A stretch of 64,000 nt of DNA from Candidatus Gottesmanbacteria bacterium (GTDB taxonomy: Bacteria > Patescibacteriota > Microgenomatia > UBA10105 > UBA927): positions 57,051-121,050 of the forward strand of contig CAIJMI010000005.1 of NCBI GenBank assembly GCA_903821745.1, in the 5' to 3' direction. Under the pieces are notes generated by a model. It made no database searches and was not told where the DNA came from. It saw only the letters and a list, made by a program, of their open reading frames with translations. The translations under genes and the position numbers were made by a program. The stretch's first letter is position 1. Every line of letters starts with the position of its first letter. Positions 11,307 to 21,164 of the stretch are shown piece by piece.

Positions 11307-12031
11307 GGAGCACTTGTTAAAATCGGTGAATATAAATCATCATCAAGTGTAATAATTAAACTCTCCGTCTCTTTTTTTGTTGGTGGTCGATTTTGAAATA
11401 CAACAAACGGGGTGTTCCGAATGATTGCAAGGGGAGTTTGTTCATTTCCTTCACCCATAACAACAACAGCCGCAGCCGACAGTCCGTCAAGAACATTTGC
11501 CTTAGTAACTTCAAGCGGTCGGCCGAAAATATCTGGTTTCCCGATATATGTATTTAATGCGTCAAACCCTGACCAAGCAATGCCGATGCCGGTTGTCCCC
11601 CATCGAAGTGGAGTAGTGTGGCTGTCTGTAATGATTACACCCAGCGTTTCTAGTTGATATTTTTCTTTAAGATACATCCATGCATCTTTTGCGCTACCCA
11701 TTGGATCTTCTGGCCATAAAATATACTGAGCATTGCCGTTGGATTCATCAATACCGCTGTTTGGAATTAAGATATTATCTGTTACGGTAAGAGCCATATG
11801 ATATTTTCTCGTAGCATCATTTTCAATGTAATACTGAGCTTCATCCCTGACGAGTGCAAATTTATCGTCTTCATTGGTTGCTTTTTTGATACGTCCCTGA
11901 CAGATACTGACAATTTTGGACGTGATTACAATAATATCTCTGTTTGCGAGACTTGGGATTGCGGAATCAAGAATACTATGCAATGAATCACCTGCAGTGA
12001 CCTGGCGAGTTTTGTATGCGGTTATCTCCAT
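11279..12031 (-). CDS. CofE/FbiB-like gamma-glutamyl ligase family protein
   Basis: ...IIVITSKIVSICQGR... and ...ITDSHTTPLRWGTTGIGIAWSGF... resemble the F420-0:gamma-glutamyl ligase (CofE) fold; 250 aa. Confidence 0.45.
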   Translation of the reverse strand: MEITAYKTRQVTAGDSLHSILDSAIPSLANRDIIVITSKIVSICQGRIKKATNEDDKFALVRDEAQYYIENDATRKYHMALTVTDNILIPNSGIDESNGNAQYILWPEDPMGSAKDAWMYLKEKYQLETLGVIITDSHTTPLRWGTTGIGIAWSGFDALNTYIGKPDIFGRPLEVTKANVLDGLSAAAVVVMGEGNEQTPLAIIRNTPFVVFQNRPPTKKETESLIITLDDDLYSPILTSAPWKKGNAPA

Positions 12032-12032
12032 G

Positions 12033-12500
12033 TTATTTATTGTTGCCGAATTTTGAATTTCGTTTTACCAGCTTGGCTACATAAATAATATCCCGAACTT
12101 CTCCGTCATCGCCTTCAATTTCATTTGATCCAGAAAGCCGCATATATTCCCGAAGATAGTCAGAAAGCGCTGCCTGAAAATCTTTAAGTTCTCCGGACAA
12201 TTCCTTTACCTTAGCGGAAAGATCAGCAACCGCCGGCTGTTTAAGAAGTTCTGATTTTGTTTTAGAGCGTACTTTCATGGCTTCTTTAACGAGTTTGTCG
12301 TGCTCCATGTACGTTGAATCATTGCGGTAGGTATCAGCAAGCATTTCCTTTAATTTTTTGAGTTCTGTTTTGCTTTTATCGACAGAAGCAATGTGTTCTT
12401 TAATGGTTGATTCCAGATTTGTAAGAAGTTCACTAGCTGTCTCTTCAACTATCTCTCCATTTTGTATTGGTTGTGTATCATCTTGTGTATTCATATCCAT
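12033..12500 (-). CDS. hypothetical coiled-coil protein (155 aa)
   Basis: Intact ORF in an operon with dus/CofE-like/DUF2233. It is rich in K/E heptads and has no recognisable catalytic motif. Confidence 0.35.
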   Translation of the reverse strand: MDMNTQDDTQPIQNGEIVEETASELLTNLESTIKEHIASVDKSKTELKKLKEMLADTYRNDSTYMEHDKLVKEAMKVRSKTKSELLKQPAVADLSAKVKELSGELKDFQAALSDYLREYMRLSGSNEIEGDDGEVRDIIYVAKLVKRNSKFGNNK

Positions 12501-12528
12501 ACACTATATAGAAAACGGGCAATAAAAA

Positions 12529-13515
12529 TCAAGTTGACAAACCGAAGAGAGTCTGAAGAATGTTTCTGGCTTCATCCGTTGTTCGTATTGTGATAAGTTT
12601 TTGGCGAATTTCCGATGCATGTTCAATACCCCTGATATACCATGCCAGATGTTTCCGTAAGGATAGTGGATTTGAATCTGGTGTCAGCGCGTCAAAATAA
12701 TTGCAGTGATCAATAGCTGTGTAAATTCGTTCTGCAAATGTTGGTATATGGTCGGTAAATACCCAAGGATTACCAAGTGTAGCCCTGCCGATTAGGACGC
12801 CATCGTAAGAATAATTTTTTGCTTTTTCGAGTGCATCTTTATATGAGGAAACATCACCATTACCAAGAAGCAGCACATGTTTTGTTTTCGCAAGATCTGC
12901 AGCAATTTTAATTTCATCCCAATTAGCAATTCCGGAATACTGTTGCGTCAGGGTTCTTCCATGAAGAGCAATGGCATCAAGTGGCATTTCAAGAAGTACT
13001 GATATCCATTCTGTAGTGATAATGGTGTCATAACCAATGCGTGTTTTTACGGATAACCCGATAGGCTTACCGCTTTTTTTAATGGCTGCATAGACAGATG
13101 CAATAATTTTTTGTGCAAGTTGAGGTGTACGGATAAGCGCAGCACCTCCACCGCTATGCGTAACTCTGCGGGCGGGACATCCCATATTAATATCAATGCC
13201 AACAACCGAAGTTTTTTCGAGAAGCATGGTTGTAGCTTCCGCCATACCCCTTGGGTCTTTACCAAATAATTGCCCAACAAGTGGCGTTGTGGTTTGGTGT
13301 GTAGCAAACGTTCGAAGAAGCTTTTTGTTGCGTATGAGTCCATCAGCTGACACAAATTCTGTATACAGTATGGTTGGATGTCCAATAATATCAACAACTG
13401 CCCGAAATGCTGGGTCAGTTATGCCGTCCATAGGGGATAAACCGATAATTGGGCTTTTAAAAATTGACCAAAACGATGTAGCCATAGTGATGTATAATTC
13501 CTCATATCTTATCAC
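12529..13515 (-). CDS. dus: tRNA-dihydrouridine synthase
   Basis: ...SPMDGITDPAFRAVV... and ...GIDINMGCPARRVTHSGGGAALI... (FMN-binding TIM barrel with the catalytic Cys) are typical of the Dus family. Confidence 0.85.
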   Translation of the reverse strand: MIRYEELYITMATSFWSIFKSPIIGLSPMDGITDPAFRAVVDIIGHPTILYTEFVSADGLIRNKKLLRTFATHQTTTPLVGQLFGKDPRGMAEATTMLLEKTSVVGIDINMGCPARRVTHSGGGAALIRTPQLAQKIIASVYAAIKKSGKPIGLSVKTRIGYDTIITTEWISVLLEMPLDAIALHGRTLTQQYSGIANWDEIKIAADLAKTKHVLLLGNGDVSSYKDALEKAKNYSYDGVLIGRATLGNPWVFTDHIPTFAERIYTAIDHCNYFDALTPDSNPLSLRKHLAWYIRGIEHASEIRQKLITIRTTDEARNILQTLFGLST

Positions 13516-13527
13516 GATGCAGCCTAT

Positions 13528-14508
13528 ATGAACACAAAATTTAAAAACGTCGCAGCACTTACATCACTGAAGTATTTTACAGCCACAAAAGACGGGTCAA
13601 TACTGTTGCGGTCAGGTATTGTTGATCATATTATTGATAGCCATACCCATATTGGTTTGGGACTCCTAGAAAATTCGTTACCGGAACCTACGAAGTATGT
13701 GTTTCCATTAAACGACGCAGCAATTGATATTTCGCATTATTCTGCACACGATTTTGATGCAAAATTGGTGAGGCGTGCCAGAATGGAAACACTAAAGGCA
13801 GTGCTTGCACGAGGAAGAAACTATCATTGCAGCGCTTCTCATTTAGTTCGTGAATTGAAGAATTTGCGCATTGATAGGGCGGTCGTACTGGCAGTTGATA
13901 TTTTTGGCAAAATAAATTCTAGTATGGTGTTAGCAACTGCTTCCAAACAACCAAAACACTTTATTCCCTTTATTTCTCTGCATCCTAGAAAACAAAATAA
14001 TGAACAATTAATGAAACACTATGTAGAACGGGGAGCAAGGGGTATAAAAATACATCCACCGATGCAGTTGGTTCGACCAAATAGCAGATATGTGTGTTCG
14101 ATGATGAAGCTGGCGACGGAATATCATTTGCCGGTTCTATTTCATTGTGGCTTCACACCCTTGTCTCCAAAATTTCAAAAACGGTTTTCCAACATGGAGG
14201 ATTATAAAAAAGTTGTTTCTCTCTATAAGGATATTCCAATCATTCTTGGCCATAGCGGTATTGATGAATGGGAAGAAGCACTCGCAATTGCAAAACAGTA
14301 TGACCATGTGTATTTGGAACTAAGTGGACAGCCGTCACAGGTTATTCAGAAAATTATAAAAACGATCGGTGATGACAGGTTATTGTTCGGATCTGATTGG
14401 CCCTACTATCCAACAACACTCCCCCTCGCAAAGGTGCTTCTTGCAACTGAAGGTAAAGAAAAATCAAGAGAAAAAATATTATATACAAATGCTTCCCATT
14501 TGTTCTAA
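13528..14508 (+). CDS. amidohydrolase-family (TIM-barrel metal-dependent hydrolase) protein
   Basis: An N-terminal HxH metal motif (IIDSHTHIGL), followed by ...GIKIHPPMQ..., ...LFHCG..., ...LGHSG... and ...FGSDWPY... fits the Amidohydro_2 pattern. Confidence 0.65.
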   Translation: MNTKFKNVAALTSLKYFTATKDGSILLRSGIVDHIIDSHTHIGLGLLENSLPEPTKYVFPLNDAAIDISHYSAHDFDAKLVRRARMETLKAVLARGRNYHCSASHLVRELKNLRIDRAVVLAVDIFGKINSSMVLATASKQPKHFIPFISLHPRKQNNEQLMKHYVERGARGIKIHPPMQLVRPNSRYVCSMMKLATEYHLPVLFHCGFTPLSPKFQKRFSNMEDYKKVVSLYKDIPIILGHSGIDEWEEALAIAKQYDHVYLELSGQPSQVIQKIIKTIGDDRLLFGSDWPYYPTTLPLAKVLLATEGKEKSREKILYTNASHLF

Positions 14509-14533
14509 TCTTTGATAAAATACAAATCGTTTG

Positions 14534-14606
14534 GCCCCCATCGTCTAGTGGCCTAGGACGGGTGGTTTTCAGCCACCAGATCGCCGGTTCGACTCCGACT
14601 GGGGGT
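14534..14606 (+). tRNA. tRNA-Glu (anticodon TTC)
   Basis: GCCCCCATCGTCTAGTGGCCTAGGACGGGTGGTTTTCAGCCACCAGATCGCCGGTTCGACTCCGACTGGGGGTA has a short D-stem typical of tRNA-Glu, anticodon loop TTTTCAG and T-loop TTCGACT. Confidence 0.8.
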
Positions 14607-14735
14607 ACATAGTTTCATAATCGCAAGACACCCGTCGAATTATAAAGTACTCCAGGATTTTTTTGTGGATCAAAAAATAATTCGTTCATGTTTCATATAT
14701 TCGAATAATAGCAAATAATTATGTAATCTATAACG

Positions 14736-15419
14736 TTACACAATTTGCAGTTTATTTGAATTAGTTTTTAACCACTTTATATATTGCTTATATGCAGGCT
14801 TATATGCAGCAACTATTTTCCAAAATTTCGGTCCGTGATTTTTTTCTTTTGTGTGGGAAAGTTCGTGGACAACAACATAATCAAGAACAAGGATTGGTGC
14901 CATCACAAGTCGCCAATTAAACTGTAATGCGTTATTCGGAGCACATGAACCCCATTTAGAACTGGTATCCGAATAGGTAATATTTTTATACGCGGTATTC
15001 ATAGCATTAGCATAAAAATTCACCCGTTCAGTTATAATTCGTTTCGCTTCTTTTACATACCAATTTGTTAATTCTACTTTTCCCCGGAATAGAAGATGTT
15101 TTGGATAATGAAGTTTTCCTTTATCTAAAGTAATTTGTCTGCCTAAATCAATCGTTACGACATAGGGATTACCAAGATAATAATAAATGTCACCGTCTTC
15201 AATCGCATGTTTAATTTTAAGTGGAAATTTTTGTGTTACTGCAACTTTTTTTTCTATCCATTCTTTTTTACTCTCGACAAACTGGTCAATGAGAAATTTT
15301 GGGAGTAGCGTTGGTGCTTTGACGACCACAGCACCGGTTGGTGCTATTTGGATAAGAATACTGCGTCGGTGAGACCGAAAAAGTTCGTACTTCATTTTTT
15401 CTTGTAACAAGCCCGACAA
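14736..15419 (-). CDS. YgjP-like (DUF45/WLM, M48-like) zinc metallohydrolase
   Basis: Contains the HExxH motif with downstream ...HGPKFW... (VVHELSHTKEKNHGPKFWKIV), characteristic of DUF45. Confidence 0.6.
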   Translation of the reverse strand: MSGLLQEKMKYELFRSHRRSILIQIAPTGAVVVKAPTLLPKFLIDQFVESKKEWIEKKVAVTQKFPLKIKHAIEDGDIYYYLGNPYVVTIDLGRQITLDKGKLHYPKHLLFRGKVELTNWYVKEAKRIITERVNFYANAMNTAYKNITYSDTSSKWGSCAPNNALQFNWRLVMAPILVLDYVVVHELSHTKEKNHGPKFWKIVAAYKPAYKQYIKWLKTNSNKLQIV

Positions 15420-15967
15420 CGCGCTACATAGACGTTGTCTGAAAATTTTGCAACGAGGGACGGATCAGTATGGAGTGCGTTAACAGTTTTTCCTTTGGTT
15501 ATTCGTTTATGAAAAACCGCGTCATTACCACATATGCTGCAAACTGAAGATAATTTTGTCACCTTATCAGCAATTGACATGAGTGTTGGCATAGGAGCAA
15601 ATGGTTGCCGATCAAACGTCATCGCAAGCCCTGCAACAATGACATGTTTTTTCTGTTGAAGCAATGTCTCCACAACTGGAACAAGCGCCTCCCCAAACCA
15701 TTGTGCTTCATCAATTGCGACTAAATCCGTATTTTTTGTTACAGTTTTGAGTATGTCTTTCGCGTGATGAATCAGTTCTGAGGCAAATGTCATCCCTGCA
15801 TGGCTATGGATTTCCTTTTCCTTTCCATAGCGAATATCAATGGCATGTTTAAAGACAACAACGTGTTTCTTGCCAATAGTTGCACGTTTTACTTGTCGGA
15901 TGAGTTCTTCTGTTTTGCCGCAGTACATAGGACCTGCAATGACTTCTAGATATCCGATACGGTTCAT
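15392..15967 (-). CDS. tdk: thymidine kinase
   Basis: P-loop GPMYCGKTEEL, ...VIAGLAMTFDRQPF..., and a C-terminal zinc ribbon C..C...C..C; 191 aa. Confidence 0.9.
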   Translation of the reverse strand: MNRIGYLEVIAGPMYCGKTEELIRQVKRATIGKKHVVVFKHAIDIRYGKEKEIHSHAGMTFASELIHHAKDILKTVTKNTDLVAIDEAQWFGEALVPVVETLLQQKKHVIVAGLAMTFDRQPFAPMPTLMSIADKVTKLSSVCSICGNDAVFHKRITKGKTVNALHTDPSLVAKFSDNVYVARCRACYKKK

Positions 15968-16335
15968 ATGAGACAGATACTACGGCATGAATCTTGTCTG
16001 CGCAAGAGGACGCAACGGTTTCGGGTTTTATTGATATAGTTCTATCTATTTTATCATCTTGTTAGGATTCATTTTCGGGTTTAGTATGAATATATGGCAG
16101 ATAGAATTGATGAATCAGTTACGGTTGCAACAGCTCTTCTAAGTAAAACCATCGTACCGGAACGTGTGGAATGGAGACATCATACCTATATTTGTACGCG
16201 ATGCACGATGCAGTATACCAGCATGGACGGTCAAACACTGCTCCATGTGTTTTTTATGACAACAAAAGAAGCATGTATGCAGATAGTGTTAAACACACGA
16301 TCACTGCGATGGACATTACAGGCAATTGAGACACT

Positions 16336-17604
16336 ATGATACGCCAATTTACTGCGCATTTACCAACAGTGCTCTATATAGACATTAACTCCTGTTTTGC
16401 AACCATTGAACAACAAGCGCATCCAAAATATCAAGGAAAACCGCTTGTGATTGCAGCGTATGAAACAGAAAACGGTGTTATTTTAGCAGCATCATATGAA
16501 GCGAAACGGTGTGGTGTGCAAACGGGGATGCGGATTTCCGAGGGCAAAAGACTATGTCCGGCCCTTCTTGTCACCGTACCGGATCCAGAAAAATATCGGT
16601 TCGTTAATACCCGTCTTACCGAACTTGTTTCATCCTATTCATCACACATACAAGTCCAATCAATCGATGAAATGATCGTCCGCATGGATGAAACACCGTA
16701 TCTTACAGGGTACACGAATACTGAAAAAGTGGTAGTTGATCGAATGCGGTATTTGGGAATGGAAATAAAAAAACGGATTCGGGAAGAAATAGGTGATCGT
16801 ATAACGGTATCTATCGGTATTGCACCCAACGCATTTTTGGCAAAAACAGCGTCAAATTTAAAAAAACCGGATGGACTGGAAGAAATAATTGCAAGCAATA
16901 TTATTCGTGTTCTAGATTCTTTGCAACTTACGGATTTATGCGGAATAAAAAAGGGGAACGGTAGGCGATTGCTGGCACATGGTATTACGACCCCTCGTAT
17001 GATGTTTGAATCCCCACCTGAGGCAGTAGAACGGGCATTTGGGTCAATCACGGGTCGATATTGGTGGTTATGGCTTCATGGATTTGAAATCGGATCTATT
17101 TATGCAGAAAAACAAAACGAAGAACGAAAAAGTTATAGTCAATCGTCATCGCTTCAGTGTCCGACTATTCCCAGTGATACCAATGCCATACAAGTTATCT
17201 ACCAGTTAGTGGCAAAAATGACTGGTCGGCTTCGAGAAGATGGATGCAGTACTGGTGGTGTTATGGCAGGATGTGCATTTAGAGACGGAACCTATTGGCA
17301 AAAACGGAAAAAATTGACAACGAAAAAGTATGCAACAGAAGATATATTTGAGGTAATCCGGAAACTCTTTTTTTATGCGCCCGCTAAACTGATTCATACG
17401 GTGTTTGTTGGCGTATATGATATTCATGCAGATTTATATTCCCAGTTAACGATGGATGAACAGGAACTCGAAAAACAGGCCCGTACAAAGGCAATAGACA
17501 GTATTTGTCATAAATTTGGGAGTCAGTCGATTACGTCAGGCATCGCAATGCAGGCAAAACAAATAATTGTTGACCGTATTGCGTTTGGAAAAGGTGCATT
17601 GTAA
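16336..17604 (+). CDS. dinB: Y-family DNA polymerase (DNA polymerase IV-like)
   Basis: N-terminus ...LYIDINSCFATIEQ...KPLVIAA..., ...SIDEMIV... and ...SIGIAPNAFLAKTAS... are typical of the ImpB/MucB/DinB family. Confidence 0.85.
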   Translation: MIRQFTAHLPTVLYIDINSCFATIEQQAHPKYQGKPLVIAAYETENGVILAASYEAKRCGVQTGMRISEGKRLCPALLVTVPDPEKYRFVNTRLTELVSSYSSHIQVQSIDEMIVRMDETPYLTGYTNTEKVVVDRMRYLGMEIKKRIREEIGDRITVSIGIAPNAFLAKTASNLKKPDGLEEIIASNIIRVLDSLQLTDLCGIKKGNGRRLLAHGITTPRMMFESPPEAVERAFGSITGRYWWLWLHGFEIGSIYAEKQNEERKSYSQSSSLQCPTIPSDTNAIQVIYQLVAKMTGRLREDGCSTGGVMAGCAFRDGTYWQKRKKLTTKKYATEDIFEVIRKLFFYAPAKLIHTVFVGVYDIHADLYSQLTMDEQELEKQARTKAIDSICHKFGSQSITSGIAMQAKQIIVDRIAFGKGAL

Positions 17605-17729
17605 GATAATAAGAATAAATCAAGAGCGATGAGTAGTGATCTAGCACAGTGACTCATCCAGCAACCGATGCGAATGTATCGCCCGCGGTGCTCCAGCTAG
17701 AAAACGATTAGCCCTTAGAAAGGAAACAT

Positions 17730-18836
17730 ATGATTACGTATTTTACTTCTGAATCCGTTGCTGCAGGTCATCCCGATAAAGTGTGTGACCAAGTATCTGA
17801 TGCTGTTGTTGACGCGGCACTTGCAGTATACCCGAAGAGTCGAGTTGCTGTGGAAACATTGGTTACCAAAAATAGAATTGTACTTGCCGGCGAAGTGACC
17901 TGTCCAAAACGATTGGATTACAAAAAAATTGCCCAAAAAACAATTAAGCGTCTTGGATACACAAAAGAGCTATTTGAATTTACGAACAACTCCCCGATTT
18001 CAATCTATATACACGAACAGTCCCCGGATATTGCAAAAGGGGTTGATGATGGAGGAGCTGGCGACCAAGGAATGATGTTTGGCTATGCGTGTAACGACAC
18101 ACCAGAATATATGCCGCTGCCAATTATTTTTGCGCATCGCCTTGTTGAACAGATGGACAACGTTCGGGAGAATAAAAAACTTTCGTATTTACGACCGGAT
18201 GGAAAAGCAGAAGTCAAAGTAAAATATGACGGCATGATTCCAAAGGAAATGGAAGAAATCGTTCTTGCTGTGCCACATGATCCCAAAAAAACAAATAGTG
18301 AGGTAAAACAGGATTTAATCCGGTATGTTATTTCGCCTATTTGTGAGTGGTATCATATGTATATACCAAAAACCGATGCAATTATTTTAAATGGTACCGG
18401 TACATGGGATATTGGTGGTCCTGCATCAGATACTGGGGTGACGGGAAGAAAAATTATTGTTGACACGTACGGGTCATTTGCAAGGCACGGTGGTGGCTGT
18501 TTTTCCGGAAAAGATCCGACAAAAGTGGATCGAAGTGCCGCATATGCCTGCCGGTTTATTGCCAAAAATATTATTCACCAAAAATTTGCAAAACGTGTTG
18601 AAGTGCGAGTTGCCTATGTTATTGGTCAGGAGGATCCGATTGATCTACAGTTTGAATGTTTTGGAACGGAACAAAAACCAATGGCAACCATAAAGTCATA
18701 CGCAAATCAGATTCTTTCATTATCCGTTAAAGGTATTATTGAAGGATTACATCTTAGGCAACCGATGTATGAAAAGACCGCTGCATACGGACATTTCGGT
18801 CGAGATGGATTCCCTTGGGAAGCAGTGTTAGAATAA
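17730..18836 (+). CDS. metK: S-adenosylmethionine synthetase
   Basis: ...FTSESVAAGHPDKVCDQVSDAVVDA..., ...GAGDQGMMFGYA... and ...GGGCFSGKDPTKVDRSAAYA... are MetK signatures. Confidence 0.95.
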   Translation: MITYFTSESVAAGHPDKVCDQVSDAVVDAALAVYPKSRVAVETLVTKNRIVLAGEVTCPKRLDYKKIAQKTIKRLGYTKELFEFTNNSPISIYIHEQSPDIAKGVDDGGAGDQGMMFGYACNDTPEYMPLPIIFAHRLVEQMDNVRENKKLSYLRPDGKAEVKVKYDGMIPKEMEEIVLAVPHDPKKTNSEVKQDLIRYVISPICEWYHMYIPKTDAIILNGTGTWDIGGPASDTGVTGRKIIVDTYGSFARHGGGCFSGKDPTKVDRSAAYACRFIAKNIIHQKFAKRVEVRVAYVIGQEDPIDLQFECFGTEQKPMATIKSYANQILSLSVKGIIEGLHLRQPMYEKTAAYGHFGRDGFPWEAVLE

Positions 18837-18840
18837 CAGC

Positions 18841-20037
18841 GTGAAGAAAAACGATCCAAAAATTGAATCAAAACCACTTGCGGAACTGCTTCGACCAAAA
18901 ACGCTTGACGATGTCGTTGGTCAGGCACACGTTGTTGGCAAGGACGGAATACTTCGAAAAATGCTAATCAGTGGTTTTATACCCTCCATGATTTTTTGGG
19001 GGCCACCGGGGTGCGGCAAAACAACACTTGCAGAGCTCGTTAGTACATTGACAAAATCCGTATTTATTTCAAAATCTGCAGTTACAACTAATCTTGCAGA
19101 TATTCGAGAAGTTATTGCACTTGCCGCAAAGCGACTAGTTGATTCTGGGCAACGGACAGTATTGTTTATTGATGAAATTCACCGATTTAATAAAGCACAA
19201 CAGGATGCCTTGTTGCCGCATGTAGAAAAAGGAACTGTTATTTTTATTGGAGCAACAACAGAAAATCCATCATTTGAAGTCATCTCACCGCTTCTCTCAA
19301 GAAGCCGCGTTTTGGTGCTTCATGCATTGACGGAGGATGAGCTAACGGCAATTGCAATACGTGGATTACAGTTTGTGAAACGATCCACAACAAAAGAAGC
19401 ACTTGCCGCACTTCTCACCTTTGGCAACGGTGACGCAAGACAGGTATTAACTATCATTGAAATTGCAGCAAAATTGAATACCAAAACACAGCTGGAAGAA
19501 TCGGATATTGAAGAAGCAGCACAACGGAAAATGCTGCAATACGATCAAACGGGTGATGAACATTACAATACGATCAGTGCATTTATCAAATCTATTCGGG
19601 CTAGTGATGTTGATGCAGCCCTATATTATCTTGCTCGTATGGTAAAGTCAGGAGAAGATCCGCTTTTTATTGCACGTCGTATGGTGGTATTTGCTTCTGA
19701 GGATATCGGTATGGCACAACCAACCGCCCTTGTTGTTGCTAACTCCGTATTTCGAGCATGCGAAACTATTGGATTCCCGGAATGTCAGGAAAATTTAGCG
19801 CATGGTGTTGTGTATCTTTGTAAAGCGCCCAAAAATCGCGATGCGTACAATGCATACATGGCAGCACTTTCTGATGTTGAACAGTTTGGGAATCTCGCAA
19901 TTCCCCTCACAATCAGAAATGCTCCAACATCATTAATGAAGGGGTTAGAATACGGCAAAGGATATGAAAAATATTCGAAGGAAAGTTTCTTACCGGACAA
20001 GATCAAAGGAAAACGGTACTATACACCAACGTCATAA
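18841..20037 (+). CDS. rarA: replication-associated recombination protein A (AAA+ ATPase)
   Basis: Walker A FWGPPGCGKTTLA, Walker B VLFIDEIHRFNKAQQD and a MgsA C-terminal domain. It uses a GTG start. Confidence 0.85.
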   Translation: MKKNDPKIESKPLAELLRPKTLDDVVGQAHVVGKDGILRKMLISGFIPSMIFWGPPGCGKTTLAELVSTLTKSVFISKSAVTTNLADIREVIALAAKRLVDSGQRTVLFIDEIHRFNKAQQDALLPHVEKGTVIFIGATTENPSFEVISPLLSRSRVLVLHALTEDELTAIAIRGLQFVKRSTTKEALAALLTFGNGDARQVLTIIEIAAKLNTKTQLEESDIEEAAQRKMLQYDQTGDEHYNTISAFIKSIRASDVDAALYYLARMVKSGEDPLFIARRMVVFASEDIGMAQPTALVVANSVFRACETIGFPECQENLAHGVVYLCKAPKNRDAYNAYMAALSDVEQFGNLAIPLTIRNAPTSLMKGLEYGKGYEKYSKESFLPDKIKGKRYYTPTS

Positions 20038-20043
20038 TCGTTT

Positions 20044-20466
20044 ATGAAAACAGAATATTCAGCAGGTGCAGTTATTGTAAAAATGGTTCAAGGCACCTGG
20101 CATGTACTTTGTATTCGCGATATGAACAAAAACCTCACGTTTCCCAAAGGGCTCATTGAACCAAAAGAAGACGCACGGGATGCAGCTATTCGTGAAGCCG
20201 AGGAAGAAACAGGTATTTCAAACATTGTCTATAAAGCACCGTTGCCGGAGGTGGCCTATTTTTATACTCGAAACGGAGCAACGCTTCATAAAACGGTCTC
20301 ATACTTTTTATTTACTTATGAAGGAACAGAAAAACTGAAACCGCAGATTGAAGAAGGCATTACGGATATTTTATGGCTTCCGTTGGAACAAGCAACGGAT
20401 TCAATCGGCTACACAAAATCAAATCTGCCGTTATTGACTGAAACAAAACGGCTTTTATCTGTATGA
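20044..20466 (+). CDS. NUDIX hydrolase
   Basis: Nudix box ...GLIEPKEDARDAAIREAEEETGI...; 140 aa. Confidence 0.8.
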   Translation: MKTEYSAGAVIVKMVQGTWHVLCIRDMNKNLTFPKGLIEPKEDARDAAIREAEEETGISNIVYKAPLPEVAYFYTRNGATLHKTVSYFLFTYEGTEKLKPQIEEGITDILWLPLEQATDSIGYTKSNLPLLTETKRLLSV

Positions 20467-21152
20467 AAATACTCCTCCACGGCGAACATATCGAAGGGTC
20501 AAGAGAAGAATATATCAGATTGAAAACATCCTTTGGATCAAAAGAAATCCGTGAGTTAAATGGCAGACAAATAGATGAGGCAACACTCATTCAGGCAGTG
20601 CAATCCAATTCTTTGTTTGGCGAAGGAAGTATTGTGTGTATTGAACAGCTATTCGGAACCCTCGGGAAAAAGGCAAAACAGGCCGCCATATACGCAACTA
20701 TCATTAAAGAAGCTGATCCCACAGCAACGATTTTGCTTTGGGAACAAAAAGAAATTGGAAAAGAAATTTTGACACTCCTTGGACCGTCTGTTTCGGCGCG
20801 GCTTTTTGCGTATCCAAAAATTATTTTTTCTTTTCTTGATTCCATCAAACCTGATGGAATAAAGCAATCGCTTTTATATATGGATGAGCTGCTTGTTACA
20901 GAGCCTGCTGAGCTCGTTTGGAGTATGCTTATTTCAAGAATACGGACACTGATTCAGATAAAAGATGGCATTACACCCGACAAAATGTCAGCATGGCAGC
21001 TCGGGCGTTTGACAAACCAGGCGCGCTTGTTTACGATGAATAAACTGCTCGATATGCACAAAAACCTTCTCACAATGGAATATACCCTTAAAAATGGAAC
21101 ATCCCCATTTACCATGCCAGAAAGTATCAAACAATTTGTGTTGTCTGTATAA
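20463..21152 (+). CDS. holA: DNA polymerase III delta subunit-like protein (short)
   Basis: The N-terminal pattern (...IQAVQSNSLFGEGSIVCIEQLF...) and helical C-terminus resemble HolA. It is 229 aa versus ~330 aa typical; assignment is tentative. Confidence 0.4.
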   Translation: MKILLHGEHIEGSREEYIRLKTSFGSKEIRELNGRQIDEATLIQAVQSNSLFGEGSIVCIEQLFGTLGKKAKQAAIYATIIKEADPTATILLWEQKEIGKEILTLLGPSVSARLFAYPKIIFSFLDSIKPDGIKQSLLYMDELLVTEPAELVWSMLISRIRTLIQIKDGITPDKMSAWQLGRLTNQARLFTMNKLLDMHKNLLTMEYTLKNGTSPFTMPESIKQFVLSV

Positions 21153-21164
21153 AAAGGAGGAACT

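Noticed and set aside
15968-16335. Possible LexA box upstream of dinB
   Set aside because: I looked for TACTA-N7-TAGTA or Cheo-box-like motifs. Only weak partial matches were found (for example GACAGATACTACGGCATGAATCTTGTC as an imperfect inverted repeat), which is not convincing enough to annotate.
16094-16339. 81-aa ORF in the tdk-dinB intergenic region
   Set aside because: There is no SD or promoter context, no recognisable motif beyond a stray C..C, and it overlaps the likely dinB promoter region. It could be a small protein but nothing supports it, so I did not call it.
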